The notes under the pieces: generated by a model
Told to the model about the DNA's origin: nothing
Seen by the model: the letters and a program-made list of their open reading frames with translations, nothing else
Database searches by the model: none
Source of the DNA: Proteromonas lacertae
Lineage: Eukaryota
Direction of reading: 5' to 3'
DNA: 64,000 nucleotides
Assembly: GCA_002245135.1 (NCBI GenBank)
Contig: NGBS01000011.1
Coordinates: 1 to 64,000 of the forward strand
Position numbers and translations under genes: made by a program
Part shown: one piece after another, positions 11,933 through 25,410 of the stretch
Layout of the letters: every line of letters starts with the position of its first letter
Position numbering within the stretch: the first letter of the stretch is position 1

Positions 11933-14900
11933 ATGAGTTTGCCGACTTACAAATGCCTAGTCTTTAGAGCTAATAATGGTTTGCTTATAAAAACAGCTTT
12001 ACTGAAGAGGCCATGGTGGAAAGTATGTTCTAACTAGTTATATAAAATCTATAGTCAATTTGTGCAACAGATGAAGAAGCCATAGAAAAAGATTTAGATC
12101 TGTATAAACTACAGTATGAAGCAGGTTTACTAAAGAGTGGTAGTAGTCCTGACAGTGACAAAAAAGAGAATACTGTAACAGAATCAAAATCTGAAGAAAA
12201 TACTTCCTCTGAAGAAGAAAAACAATCAGAAATAGCCAAAATAGATGGTGAAAAATCTGAAGAATCTGAAAATCAAACAACCACATCTCCAAAAGTTGAG
12301 CCATCATCAGAAATAACAACAGAATCAGAAAGTACAAACAAATCAATCCAATCATCAACCGAAGAAATAAATAACCATCAAGAAACTAAACTAACAAAAG
12401 AATTAGAAGAAAAGAGAAAAGCAGAAAAATTAAAAAGACAAGAAGAAGTATCAAGATATACAGGTCCAACATTAAACGAAGAAGAATTTATCGATCACAA
12501 AAAACAATTAGCTACACAACTGTTTGAAATTCATAAAAAAGAGTTTGATCATCAAGCTTTTGATTTCTGTTGGAAACAGACATTAGAAGTGTATAGAAGT
12601 GGTTATATTTTGACGACTGTACACACACCTGGTATTAGGAAAGGAAGAAGACAATTAGTAAATCATTTTCCAAATATCAACTGTTTAACTACAAAGACTG
12701 GTTTATTGAAGAGTTTAGATGCATACTATAAATCAAGAGGAGAAAAAGTATTCTTAAATACACCAGAAACGTTTTATATTAAAAAAGCAAAATACATAAA
12801 TCAAAATAACGATGAATTAACGGAATGGAACTTATTCGTGAATAGATATAAAGAATTAGAAAATCACAATTACAGTAGAGAACTTGTTCCAGCAAAGTTT
12901 TGTGAAAGAAATATTTGGATTGTCAAGCCTACAGGTTTGAACTGTGGAAGAGGAATAATGGTATTTAATGAAATTGATGCAATTAAAAAGTTCATTTTTT
13001 CCTGTGGTAAAGGTACTGAATTTGTTATTCAAAAATATATAGAAAAACCATTACTTTTGTGGGGAAGAAAATTTGATATTCGAATCTGGTGTGTAGTTAC
13101 AGATAAATTCGATATATATCTATATCATGAGGGTTACTTAAGAACAAGTTCAGAATTATTTACATTAGATATAGACAATGAAGGAGATGAAGAAAAACAA
13201 ATGGTTCATTTAACAAACTACTGTATGCAAGTAAAAAGTGAAAATATTGGAAAATTTGAAGAAGGAAATACACTTAGTTTTGATCAATTTCAAGAATATA
13301 TTAATAAATATTACCCTGATAAACATGTTGATGTATTTAAAGATATGGTTCCTCGAATGAAAGACTTAGTTTTGGATAGTTTATATGCTAATGAAAGTGA
13401 ATTAAATAAAGGAAATAGAGGTAGAAATTGTTTTGAATTATATGGTTATGATTTCATGGTAGATGAAGACTTTAGAATATGGATCATTGAAGTGAATACA
13501 AATCCATTCTTAGGTGTACAAAACCCATGGCATCAGAGTCTATTAGATCATATGGCAGATGATTTAGTAGAAATTGCAATTGATCCATATTACCCTAAAC
13601 CTCAAGGCTATGAAGATTATCATAAAGAATTGCCTAACAATTGGGAATTATTACATACGAATGATCCATCAAAGAAGCAATTTTGTTATAATAAATATAA
13701 TGTGAATAGAGATGTTCATTGGTTATATCCATCCTTTATACCTGAAGATTGTGATAAGAAAGCATTGAAAGAAATAATGAAGAAACCTCCAGGCAATGGT
13801 ATTCCTTCATCCTCTTCATCTTCATCTAATAATAATAATAATAATAATAATAATTTAAAGAATCAAAATGCTAATGTATTATACCATCAAATGAAGGAAT
13901 TCAATATGGCTATTGATATATCAGGTTCAACATTAGATGGCAATAGTAGTAATAAAACAATGAAAAAAGATACAAATCCAACCAATAGAAAGATAAAGAA
14001 AGACATTACCAACACTACACCAAAACAATTAATAATAGAAAGTGGTACATTCAAGAAATTAGGCTCAAAAAAGAAATGGTTATCCAATGAACCAGAAACA
14101 CCAAAAAGTAGATGTAATTGGTGGGTCAATCAATTAAAAGAGATTAATACTAATCAATATCAATCAAGTATAGTATCTGCTCCAGAACCACCACGTTTAA
14201 TTCTTCCTGATATAAATGAAGCATGTAATGCAGGTGTAATTAGTCCTTCTAGTATCAAAGGAGGAGGAGGATGTGAAGAAAAAGGAGAAGAAGAAGAAGA
14301 GATTAAATCATCAACAACAACTAATACAACAGTTGTTTCAGCTACAAAAACATCCACTCTAATTAATAATAATAATAATATAAATGATGGATTTACAATT
14401 GAAGATAAAACACGTCATTGTTTAGAAGTTTTGGAGAATATTTGTTGTCATTCAAAACTATGGTTATATGCTGCAAAGAGTGATGCTTGTAATGTACTAT
14501 ATGAAACTTTAAGCCAATCAAATTCAATTATTATATTACCAGTTAAAACTCGTAGATTATGTATAAATGCATTAGATAGTTTATTAAAAATGATTACAAG
14601 TGATTTTAAAATAAGAAATGATTTTCCTTTGATTAATATTGATAGAGTAGTTGAATATTTGATTAATAATATAAAATATTTCCATTTTAAAGATTACAAA
14701 TTAGGTGATAATAAGATGGATGCTATAATAGAAAGTGAACAAACAAGACAAATTAGGATAATTACATTGAGATTATTAAATATTTACACATCTCTTCAAA
14801 AAGCAAAGAAAAATAACATTTCACATGAATTAAACACATTTATTATTCCATTTTATCTTTTATTAATAAGCAGTGGTAATGGTGTAGAAAGAGATTTATG

Positions 14901-15777
14901 TAGTGATGGTTTGAAGAATAATATCACTTTAAATCAATTAAAGGAATTTAATGATATTTTACTACATAATAGTGTAGATACAATCAATATAAATAGCATA
15001 TTTAAAGATGATTCTGTTATTTCACTTATTTCGAGTAAATGTATTGAAGAAATTGAAAGAAGAAGCAATAATAATAATAATAATAATAGAAATAGAAATG
15101 TTAAATCTGAAGAAAATAGGATTACAAATAGTACCAGTACAACTGCTGCGACAACAACAACAACAACAACAACTACTACTACAATGTCTTCATCATTAAG
15201 AAAGAAAAATAATAATAAATCACAAAAACAGTCCAATAACAATACAGCTAACAGTAATAATGGTTCAATTAATGTGACATTTAATAATAATAATAATAAC
15301 ACTTCCAATATTGGTTTTATATCAACAATTCCTCCTATTAAAAAACCAACAATGGCTGAAGAATTAAGATCAAAAGTGATAAAGGAAAGAACAAAGTTAG
15401 TGGGAAAATCTAAAAAGAAACAATCTAAAAGTTACTCAAAATCAGGTATGAAGGAGAAGACCCTTATTAAACCAGGTTCATCCAATGATTCATCTACGGC
15501 TACCAATAATACTACAGTAGTATTATCAGCTACAAATCGACCTGGAAGAGAAATTGTGGAAATGAGTGAAGAAAAATTGAATAATTATAAAGAAGCAATA
15601 AGTGCTGATGGTAGTGGTAGACATAGTAAATGTGGTGATAATGAAATGGGAAATGATCTTGGTGATATTGAGAAATTAGATTCTTCTATAAAGTTTAGTC
15701 CAATTTTAACACCTCGAAGTAATGAAAATGTTATAAACAATAATAATATTCAAGTTTCTAGTCCAATAAAGATATAA
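11933..15777 (+). CDS. Tubulin-tyrosine ligase-like protein (TTLL; subfamily not determined)
   Basis: Exon 1 NNGLLIKTALLKRPWWK, then an intron. VNHFP..LTTK, WIVKPTGLNCGRGI, QKYIEKPLL..RKFDIR, HLTNY, FELYGYDF, IEVNTNP. Confidence 0.9.
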
Positions 15778-15991
15778 TTTATTTTTTTTATTTTCTAAAT
15801 TATGTAGTAATACGTATATGTTATTTTAAGAATTATGTTATGTGTTAGTAATATATATATTCTTCCAATACAAAAATGATTTAAATAGAATGAATTTTGT
15901 ATAAACACATTCACCACAATAAAGTGTGAAAAATGAAGTACATTAGTTAATAATATTAAATAATTATCCGTATTAATTATTCACATATACA

Positions 15992-16525
15992 CTATTGTAG
16001 ACATAATTCCTTACACGGTTGTATTAGCGAAGAACATGGTGTGTGTCGATATACTGGGATATAATATGGACTTGTACCTAACAGGTAATATGATTTCCAT
16101 ATATTCGATTTGAATATTTCTGTAGGTTGTGGAAATTCAAAGCCCATATTTAGAGGTACTTCAATTGGTACTTCTATTGGTACTTGAACAGGGATAGCTT
16201 GTTGTATAGGTGGTGCTACCATTGTAGGAGGGATATTTTCATCCAAGTCGACATATTGGTCGAAATTATTCATATACGGTGCATCTGCATAGGATATAGG
16301 TATTTGAGGTATGGAAGGTTGTAAAGGAGTCTCATTATCATCTACAGAATATCTGTCCCGCGAAGACTTCCACTCCTTCCTCTTCTTTTCTAAACATATA
16401 TTACAAGTCTTCTTTCTTTTTCTCCTATATAACATTATAACAACATTAAATGTACCCATTTTTTGTTTTACTAAAGTAACAAGGTGGTAATCTATATTTA
16501 CACGATGAGCATCTATTTTAAACAT
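15992..16525 (-). CDS. Hypothetical Pro-rich protein with basic/Cys segment
   Basis: 177-aa ATG ORF between known genes, with RKKTCNICLEKKRK; probably contains one intron. Confidence 0.45.
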   Translation of the reverse strand: MFKIDAHRVNIDYHLVTLVKQKMGTFNVVIMLYRRKRKKTCNICLEKKRKEWKSSRDRYSVDDNETPLQPSIPQIPISYADAPYMNNFDQYVDLDENIPPTMVAPPIQQAIPVQVPIEVPIEVPLNMGFEFPQPTEIFKSNIWKSYYLLGTSPYYIPVYRHTPCSSLIQPCKELCLQ

Positions 16526-16805
16526 ATATAAAAAAACTATACATCACTAACATTAGAGAATTAAGCAAGAAAGAAAATAATACTGAAACGAATAAAAATT
16601 TTAAAAATCTGTTTCACAGAATTCATGTGTTAATCCAAATAATTAACCTATATTAATGTTAAATAAATGTTCTATGATATGTTAAACTGCATAACGCTCT
16701 CTATAATCTCAACTTTTTTCAAATCAATTTAATCATTCTCTTTTATAATTTTATTTCTTCAGTTTCAATACAAAATAATTATAATCATAAAGGTTAACAA
16801 CAAGT

Positions 16806-17757
16806 TTAGGTTTTATTATCTTTAGTTGGCTTTTGTCTAACAGTATCTAAAGCTGTTTTCCTTATATCATCATCTTCTGATAAACTTCTTGACAAACTCC
16901 TACTTTTTCTACTATTTCCACTACTACTGCTAGTATCACTTCTTCTTCTTCTTCTTCTTCTTTTACTGCTTTTTCTACTCTTTTTATTTCTATCTTTATC
17001 ACTACCACTATCATTTCTTGACTTACTCCTTGATCTGCTTCTATCTTTATGTTTATGATGGTGATGGTGGTGATGATGATGTTTATGTTTGGAATTATCA
17101 TGTTTTTTAGTTGATTCAGATTTATGACTTCTATGAGAACGTTCTGGTGATTCTTTTAACTCCTTTTCATTTGATTTATTTATATCTTTAATATCATTAT
17201 TTATTCTATCCATTATTTTCTGTTGTGTCTGTTTTTCTTTCTGTATTTTTTCACTTATTTCATTTTTCTTCTCTTCTAATAGTTTTGCTGGTATTCCATC
17301 AGGATCTTCTTGTGCTGACAGTAACATATTCCATAAATCTTCCATAAATTCAACAGATTTCTTGCCTAAAAAACCTGTGATTTGTAATTGTAACTCTTTT
17401 GGATCTAAAACAACACTACCATCTTTCTATTTAATAAATTATTTTCTTTAATATATATACTGATGCTTCTAACCAATTAAATACCATTGACACTAATATT
17501 TCATCTTCTACTGGAAGATAATTAAGTAATTCTTTTGTAATCCATTTTTGCATTACTAAGAGATTTACTTTTTTCAGATCAACCTAAATAATCTATGTTA
17601 ATTAATAATAATATACTGGAGATGAATAACAAGCAGGATTTTGTAATTGTGATTTTAATTCTTTGTCTTTATTTTTAAATCGAAAGTCTGACTCTAGACC
17701 AGTTCCCTACATGATTATATGATCCATTTATACACGAAAATATGATCCACCAGACAT
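16806..17757 (-). CDS. PWI-domain SR-related splicing protein (SRRM1/SRm160-like)
   Basis: Spliced reading gives RGT...DFRFKNK, VDLKKVNL, WITKEL, EDEILV, LDPKELQLQITGFLGKKSVEFMEDLWNMLLSAQEDPDGIP, followed by an RS-rich tail. Confidence 0.9.
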
Positions 17758-17909
17758 TTGTATATATTATCTACAGTATTATATTTAAAACAAAAACATT
17801 ATACATAATTAATACTTTACAGGATGAAAATAATGTTACAACAAGAAAAAAATGCAAAAATTAAAATGAATCAAACCAATTCAAGCTTTTATTTTGTTTT
17901 TTATCTGTA

Positions 17910-18865
17910 ATGTCTAAATTTATGAGTGATTTCAAATTAAAACTGCAGCAATTAAAAGAATCAAAGTCAGCAATTCAATGTATGAAATAAATTAAATGTT
18001 ATGATTATTTTTAGCAATATCACAGTGGATTGAATTTCAATGTGATTCTGCAAATGAAGCTGCCGGTGTATGGACAAATCTAATAAAGAGTGGTATTTTT
18101 AATAATTAATAACCTGTTTAGTTTCAAATGAAGAACAGTTGAAGTTATTATACATAGCAAATGAGTTAATTCAATCGAAGAATGTAAAAGTATAACATAT
18201 ATATTAATATCAAATAATAGTTTCGTAAATCTTTTCAACAACCATTTTTAGAAGTAATTCCAGACATTTTAGAATCTACAACACCTGATATTCGTAATAG
18301 AATTTTACATATAATATCGGTATGGAATGAAAGAAAAGTATATAACAGAGAATATTTAGATCAATTACAAAGTAACTATTCCTCCACAACACCAACATCA
18401 TCAGTTTTATCACCATCCTCATCTTTACAACTCTCTAGTAGTAACAACAATAATTCATCTAAATCAACAATACCTAAATCTGTACTGTGGATAATCCAAT
18501 CAATGAGAGAAATAAATAAAGAAGTAATGTCGTTTGAATTACATAGTGAAAATATACGAATATATGAAGTGATGTTAGATAGAATATTACAAAGTAGTGA
18601 AGCTAAAGAAGGTGAAGAAACGATGGAATTATCATTGAATATAAAAGATGCAATAGAGAATGTGAATAATTATAGAGATAATTTGAAGAATGAAATGAAT
18701 AAATATACTGAGTTATTGAATAAGATAGAAGATTATGAGAATGGAATAAAAGAAGATATAGAGAGTGATGAAAGTGAGATAAAGAAAAATGAAGAACATC
18801 TAAAGACAATAAAGAGAAAGTTAGATATTGTAGAAAGTGTAGCTAAAAGGAGTAGAATAATGTAA
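17910..18865 (+). CDS. RNA Pol II CTD-interacting (CID) domain protein, RPRD1/Rtt103-like
   Basis: KLQQLKESKSAIQ..ISQW, KLLYIANELIQ, IISVWNERKVY, C-terminal coiled coil; 3 short introns. Confidence 0.8.
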
Positions 18866-19043
18866 GTATTTATGGATATATTGTTTTAGTTTTTATTATA
18901 AGGGGTGGTATATACTCTCCATCAATCAAAAATTGAAAAAAATAAAAAAATAATCAAACTAATCTCAAGCCACATTTAAAAATCGTTTCAAAATGGGTTT
19001 GTGAAACAATTGGTGCAAAAATATAGTATCTTTTTCCCATTTC

Positions 19044-22000
19044 ATGAAATTCGTTATTACCTTGGGATTATTGTTAGTGGCTGTGTATTCAGTATGTCCA
19101 AACAACTGCAGTGGTCACGGAACATGTGGTAGTAATGGTGTTTGTAGTTGTTTTAGAAAATCTGATGGTTATGACAACGACTATGTAGGTGCTGACTGTT
19201 CAAAACGTATGTATTTTTTTTTTTATGAAATAAATAGGTGGTTGTGGAAGTGGTGAAAGTTTTAATGCTTTAAATTCTAAAAGCAAGTATGTAGATCGAA
19301 GCGTAGATGATGGAAACTTTGTCTACTATCGTGACTTGAATGAAAATCGAGAATTGGAAGTTGCTGAAGTAGGTATGGTGGTTATTTCATCTGTTAAGTC
19401 TACTATAACTCCTAATATTTATGAAATTACAACGTCTGATTTATTCAAAATGAATGGTGTGGTTGTAGATTTTAAAAACGAAATTGGAGGTATGATTGAT
19501 TGTTTTTCACCTTCTGATCATACTTTTGTTATTCAAAGTGAGATAACAGGTTATAATGACAATAAATATTACATAAAAGGAAATGAGAAGCTGATTAATG
19601 GATTGGAATGTAGATTGCTGTTAAAATATTCTGATTTTTCAATGTTTAATCCAACAAAACCTATTTCAACTGGAAATGCTAATGAATGGAAAGTAACATG
19701 GATAAATAATGGATTTACATCTGTTGTAACTGGTTTATCTGGAAATACTTTAAAAATGGATTGTGTTGAAAGAGAAGGTGATTTATTAACTGGTATTTCT
19801 GTAACAATTAGTGATGATAATGGTAATTTAGTGTTTACATTTACATTTACTGATAATACAGATATATCTAATAGATATTGTCATTTATTAGTGAATAAAG
19901 ATGGCAATGCATTAACATATGATAATTCAGAATATAAAAGCATATATTCACCTAATACATATACTCCTATTGAGTCAAAAATGTATGGAATATCAAAAGA
20001 ACATAATTTTATTTACACTATCCCTACTGCTACTATTAGTGATTATCCTGAAAATGCATTTGGTAAATTGAAATGCTTTATTCCAAGAAAGTATGATATT
20101 CAAACAGCTTATTTGTTAAATTATGATTCTACAAATAATTATATTTTATATGATTTTGATTTTGTTGATATAAATGGAAATACAATAGAAGATTCTACTA
20201 AACCTATTCCGACATTATATAATTGTGAATTAAGTCAATATGATGATTTCTCATTATATTTCCCTGTTGAAGTAACAGAATGTACTACTTCAAGTTGTCC
20301 AATTACATGGAAAGGAATGTGTAGTGTATTTAGTTCTTATTTACCTACTCCTGATGCAACTGACGTAATATTTGCTTGTAGAAATGATAAAAATGAAGTT
20401 GAATTGTATGATTACACAACTCCTGCAACTGCATGTACTGGTGATGATATTGTATTTACTGCTAAAACTGATGTTACTAAGTTACCTAAAGACAGAATAT
20501 GTAATATAATAGCTGGTAAGGATAAAACTACTAATAAAGCAGTTTCAGTAGATATTAAAGAAAATGTATATTATAAGAATCATATATCGGTAAAGAATTC
20601 AACAACAGAATGGAATTATTATGATAAATTACCAACTGCAAAAGAAACTCCAGCATCATCATCTATTTACAAAGTGAATGGAATAAATATAAAATCAGCA
20701 CCAGCAGGTGGAAAATTGAAATGTTATGAGAATAAAGATGGTGTTATTTCTCCAGTTAAAGAAGATATAGATTTGTTATACAAGAATGGAAATGATTATT
20801 ATATTCATTCAACAAGTAGTATTGCTGGTAAAGATTGTGAATTGTTACATCCACATACTGATATGACATTATATCCTAATACTCTTATTGATTCTAAGAA
20901 TGTGAAGTTTGAGAAGATGAGTTATTATTTCCAGGAATTAGGATTTTTTAAATCTCCTCCAACATCATATACATTGTTATGTGGTAAAGAATCTGCATTT
21001 ACTGAATATACATTTACATTAAAAACCTCAATAGTTACATATTATGAATCAACTAGTGTTGATGTTGAATTTGAAACAACTGAATCTGTAACAACAGGTG
21101 ATACTTGTTTCTTATTATCAGGATTTGATGGACAGAAAGTTGAAGCTGATAATAGTGATTTAAAGGATAAATATGAAGTTGTAAAGAAAACAGGTTCAGA
21201 AAATGAATGGAAATTAACAGCAAAACCATCCACTGAACCAACAACACCAACAAAAGGAGATACAGTAATTGGGGATATTTATAAAGTTACTGGAGTTGAG
21301 TATAAAGGTATAACATTAAACTCAGCAGGAGGATTATTAGAATGTACAAATATAATCAATAATAAGCCATTAGGTTTAGCTAAAGTATATTCATATTTTG
21401 AAGATAGTAATACTCCAACATATGGTATTAAATATTACTTTGTAACAGGATCACCAACTCCTCAGTATTATAATTGTTCTGTAAAAGAAATTTACAATGA
21501 TTTAACATTATATTTACCACCACAGACATGTAATAGTGGTGTTGTAACATGGAGTAATATGAAAACCATATTTCCTAATATCTATAATGGCTATCAAACT
21601 GGTACAACAGAAGTAAGAATGTTATGTGGAGATGATGTAAAAGGTGAATATAAATTATATACTGCAAAAGCTGCTGATAGTGAAGCTGATGGTAATAATA
21701 TCAAGTTTACAATTGATCCTCCTCCTGCTAATGCTGCTGATCTACCAAATGATAAGAAATGTTATTTGATGGCTAATTCTGCTGGTAATGAAATTGCAAC
21801 ACTTGAAACAATTCAAAAGAGTGATTTAGGAACAGTATATGATGTATCACAAAAAGGTGAAATATTTACATTGAAGTTGAAATCAACAACACCTTCAGGA
21901 ATAGAAAAATTAGCTGGTAGTGGATTATATGAAATTTCAAATGTAGAATATAATACAGGTGATGAATTATCCTGTTTGGCAAGTAATGATAATTACAAAG

Positions 22001-23901
22001 TATCTAATGGATTAGTATTAAAGAAAGAAGGTAGTAAATATTTGATGTCATTTATAACAGGTAATGATTTAAGTAAATTGACATGTATGTTTATGAAAAG
22101 ACATAATGATTTATCAAATTATGTAAAATGTACAACATCTTCTGCAGATTGTACAACATCAATAAGTAATAGTGTGTTGTATAGTTTAGGATTTAAGAGT
22201 GGTATTTATACTTTCCAATGTGGCATAAATGAAAAAATAAGTAAAGAATATAAAACATCAACATATAGTGTAGTAAATGATGCAACTGTTGTTAAATTTA
22301 CTCTTTCATCCTCACCTGAAGCAAATTCAGTTTGTCACTTATTATCTCATTTTGATGGTTCATTATTATCAATAGATTCAAGTGATTTAAGATCATCCCA
22401 TTTGATTGGAACACCAACTAATGAAATTTATATTTATCATGAAACAAAACCTAATGAAGATCCAGTAATAATCCCTGATGATCAAATCACAATCGTTGGT
22501 GTAGTTGGTACAATAGGAGGAAATATTCAATGTAAAAATAGAGACAATGGTGAATATGTAGGAACGGGTGTTTATTTAGGTAAAGATGAAAAAGGAAATA
22601 ATATAATAAACAATGAAATGTTGCAAGAAGGAGAAAATTATATTTGTGAAGTAAATGAACCAATCAATGATCTTTCGTTAATCAAAAGTGAAAAAGTTGA
22701 TGAAAATTCTTGTACAAGAGATTATTGTGTAATGATAATAAAGATGTTAAAGGTTGTATTATCTAAATCTGGATTCTTTGGCAGAACATTAATTGATGAA
22801 GATGAAGAAAATAATAAAATCTATAATGCAAGTTGTATAAAAGGAAGTGAAATGAGAATCTATAAATTTGAATTAGAAGATGGTATGAGTGATCCATTAT
22901 CAAATGATGCTGTGTTTGTATTATCAGAAAGTGATACTAATAAAGAATTGCCAATAGGAATGGAATGTAGTTTATTAGCCAATTCAAATGGAAGTCCAAT
23001 TCCACTTGAAGATAGTCAAATAAGTACAAAATTGTATGAAAGAGATGGAAGTTATTATACAACATCATGTGATATTGGTGATGAAGATAAATTATATTGT
23101 GAAAACAAAGATGATTCAACAATTACATTGAATGAAGGTGGAGTTGAATGTTTAAATAAAATAATGAGTATAAGTAAAGTATTATTAATTCCAAGTGAAA
23201 CAGTGAATAAAACATTAATAGAAAAACACTTGAAAGTAGGAAAATGGATAAAAGTAGGAGATAATGAAGTTCAAATATTAAAAACAGAAAAAGAATTGAA
23301 AAAATTTGATTGTGATAGTGGAAAGGAATCAACAACTCCCAGATTATTATCTCAATCAAGATATTTATCAACTGACCGAATGACAGGATATGCAACAACT
23401 GTAGATAATAGTAATATACAAATTACTACAACTACACCAAACATTGAACTTATTTCAACATCATCAACACGATATATTGTTCATGATATAATAGAATGTT
23501 CAAATAATGGAAGATGTAATAGAGAAAGTGGATTATGTGAATGTTTTGATGGTTATACTGGTGATGCTTGTCAAAGGTTAGATTGTCCAAATAATTGTAA
23601 TGGAAATGGTCGATGTGTTCCATTAAGTGAATTATTATCGAATGAAGAATTGAAAGAGTATAACAGAGAAGATGATAATGATAAAGTGTATGGTTGTTTA
23701 TGTGATAAAAGACATCGTGGATATGATTGTAGTTTAATTGAATGTCCATCTAGTTTAGATCCAGAAGGAGCAACAAATACAGTAGGAAATGAATATCGAG
23801 ATTGTAGTGGAAGAGGTATTTGTAATTACAATACAGGAGTTTGTGAATGTTTTGATGGATTTAGTGGAGAAGGATGTCAAACTCAAGTTGCAATGATGTA
23901 A
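19044..23901 (+). CDS. Secreted EGF/tenascin-like protein of the Sig1/Ocm1 tubular-mastigoneme type with a large repeat insert
   Basis: Signal peptide; CPNNCSGHGTC..GADCSKR|GC across the intron near 19207-19238; C-terminal ECSNNGRCNRESGLCECFDGYTGDACQR, GCLCD..RGYDCSLIECP, RDCSGRGICNYNTGVCECF..CQTQ. Confidence 0.8.
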
Positions 23902-24034
23902 TGATATTTTATTACATTCATTTTATTCTTTATTATTGAAATTATATTAATTGATTAACTCTTATACTATGTTAATCAATATTAAAAATGTGTGTATTAT
24001 GTTTGAAATAAAAAACAAAAATACAATTTTAAGT

Positions 24035-25280
24035 TTATAAAATATCATTAATACATTTCCAATAATCATCATTCAATACTTCTTTCATCTCAGACTTACT
24101 CAACCACATATAATCATTTACATTTTCTTCATTTAATTCCATCTTCAATTTAAACATCTCATTCTTTGATTCACACAACAACTGAGTTCGATGGAAGAAT
24201 ATTTTATATCCAAATACATCTTCTTCTTTTTGTGTTTCTTTGTCATTTACGTATCTAAATAATAATATATAAAATAATAAAAACATTATTATATATTATA
24301 CACATAATAACCACAAGGTGTATTTCCAACAAAATAAGTTGATAATTTATTATTTATATATTTACTTATACATTTCTCAGCTGTCTATATAATCAAATAT
24401 AATAATAATTATTTAATTCATACTGTTCTTATTGAAACATCTTTCTTTATAAATTCATTTTTCATAAATTCCCATTCATACATTGAATTTGGTTTTAAAC
24501 TAGTATTCTTTGTTATTAAATATAATTTTTCATCTAATTTTCTATGTAATGATTTATAATCTTTTCTTTTATCAGCTTCTGTTCGTATTGGAGCAAATAC
24601 AACTAATTCTTGAAGTTTTCTTTTCTTTAATTCTTCTTGATTCTATTTATTATATACATATAAATGAAATAATTAAATACAGATTTTGATAATAATCCAC
24701 TTAAATCTTCATCATCATCTTCTTCCTCTTCATTTTTATTCATTTTCATTTTCTCTTCTTCTTCTTTATCTATTTTATTCTTTTCTTTATCATTTGATTC
24801 TTCAGATTTTGTTATTCCCACTTCTTTCATCATATCTTTTTGTTCATTTGTGAAATTTTTGTTGTTTATTATATCTGGAAGGGTTTTACTATGGTATTTT
24901 GCGATTTCTTCTTTAATTGAATAGAATTCTTCTTCCCAAGGTTCTAGTGGAGGAACAATGATAGGCAATCTTTCAATTATTCTACATTTATAATACAAAA
25001 CAACATACGTAGATGCAAAATATCTCCATTTTATCTTACAATTTGATTTTCTAGCTTCTTCATCAATTTTCATTAATCTTTCAATCTCTTCATTCCTTAT
25101 TTTGTCTCTTGGTTTTGGTGGATATTGTGGTTTGTTTCTCTTTGCTGTTACCCAAGAAGGAACTGTCTTTTGAATGTCTTCTGCTGTTTCAAACAGATTA
25201 TTGTGTTTCATTTTGATTGTTCTACATACTGGTTTCAATATATTCTGTCTATTTAGTCTACAACGTCCAAAAACAAACAT
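24035..25280 (-). CDS. MRPL46: Mitochondrial ribosomal protein mL46-like
   Basis: Arg-rich presequence-like N-terminus; IERLPIIVPPLEPWEEEF, RTEADKRKDYKSLHRKLD, VGNTPCG, KIFF, YMWLSKSEM; several introns. Confidence 0.8.
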
Positions 25281-25410
25281 TGAAATTAAAAAAAAGGCTT
25301 GAAGGCTCGAATTGCTTTTTTCTTATTTCTCACTCAATTTCTCTCTAATTATAAGTAATCAACATACAAAATGCATTAATATAACGAAATGAATTATATT
25401 TAGAAAAAAT

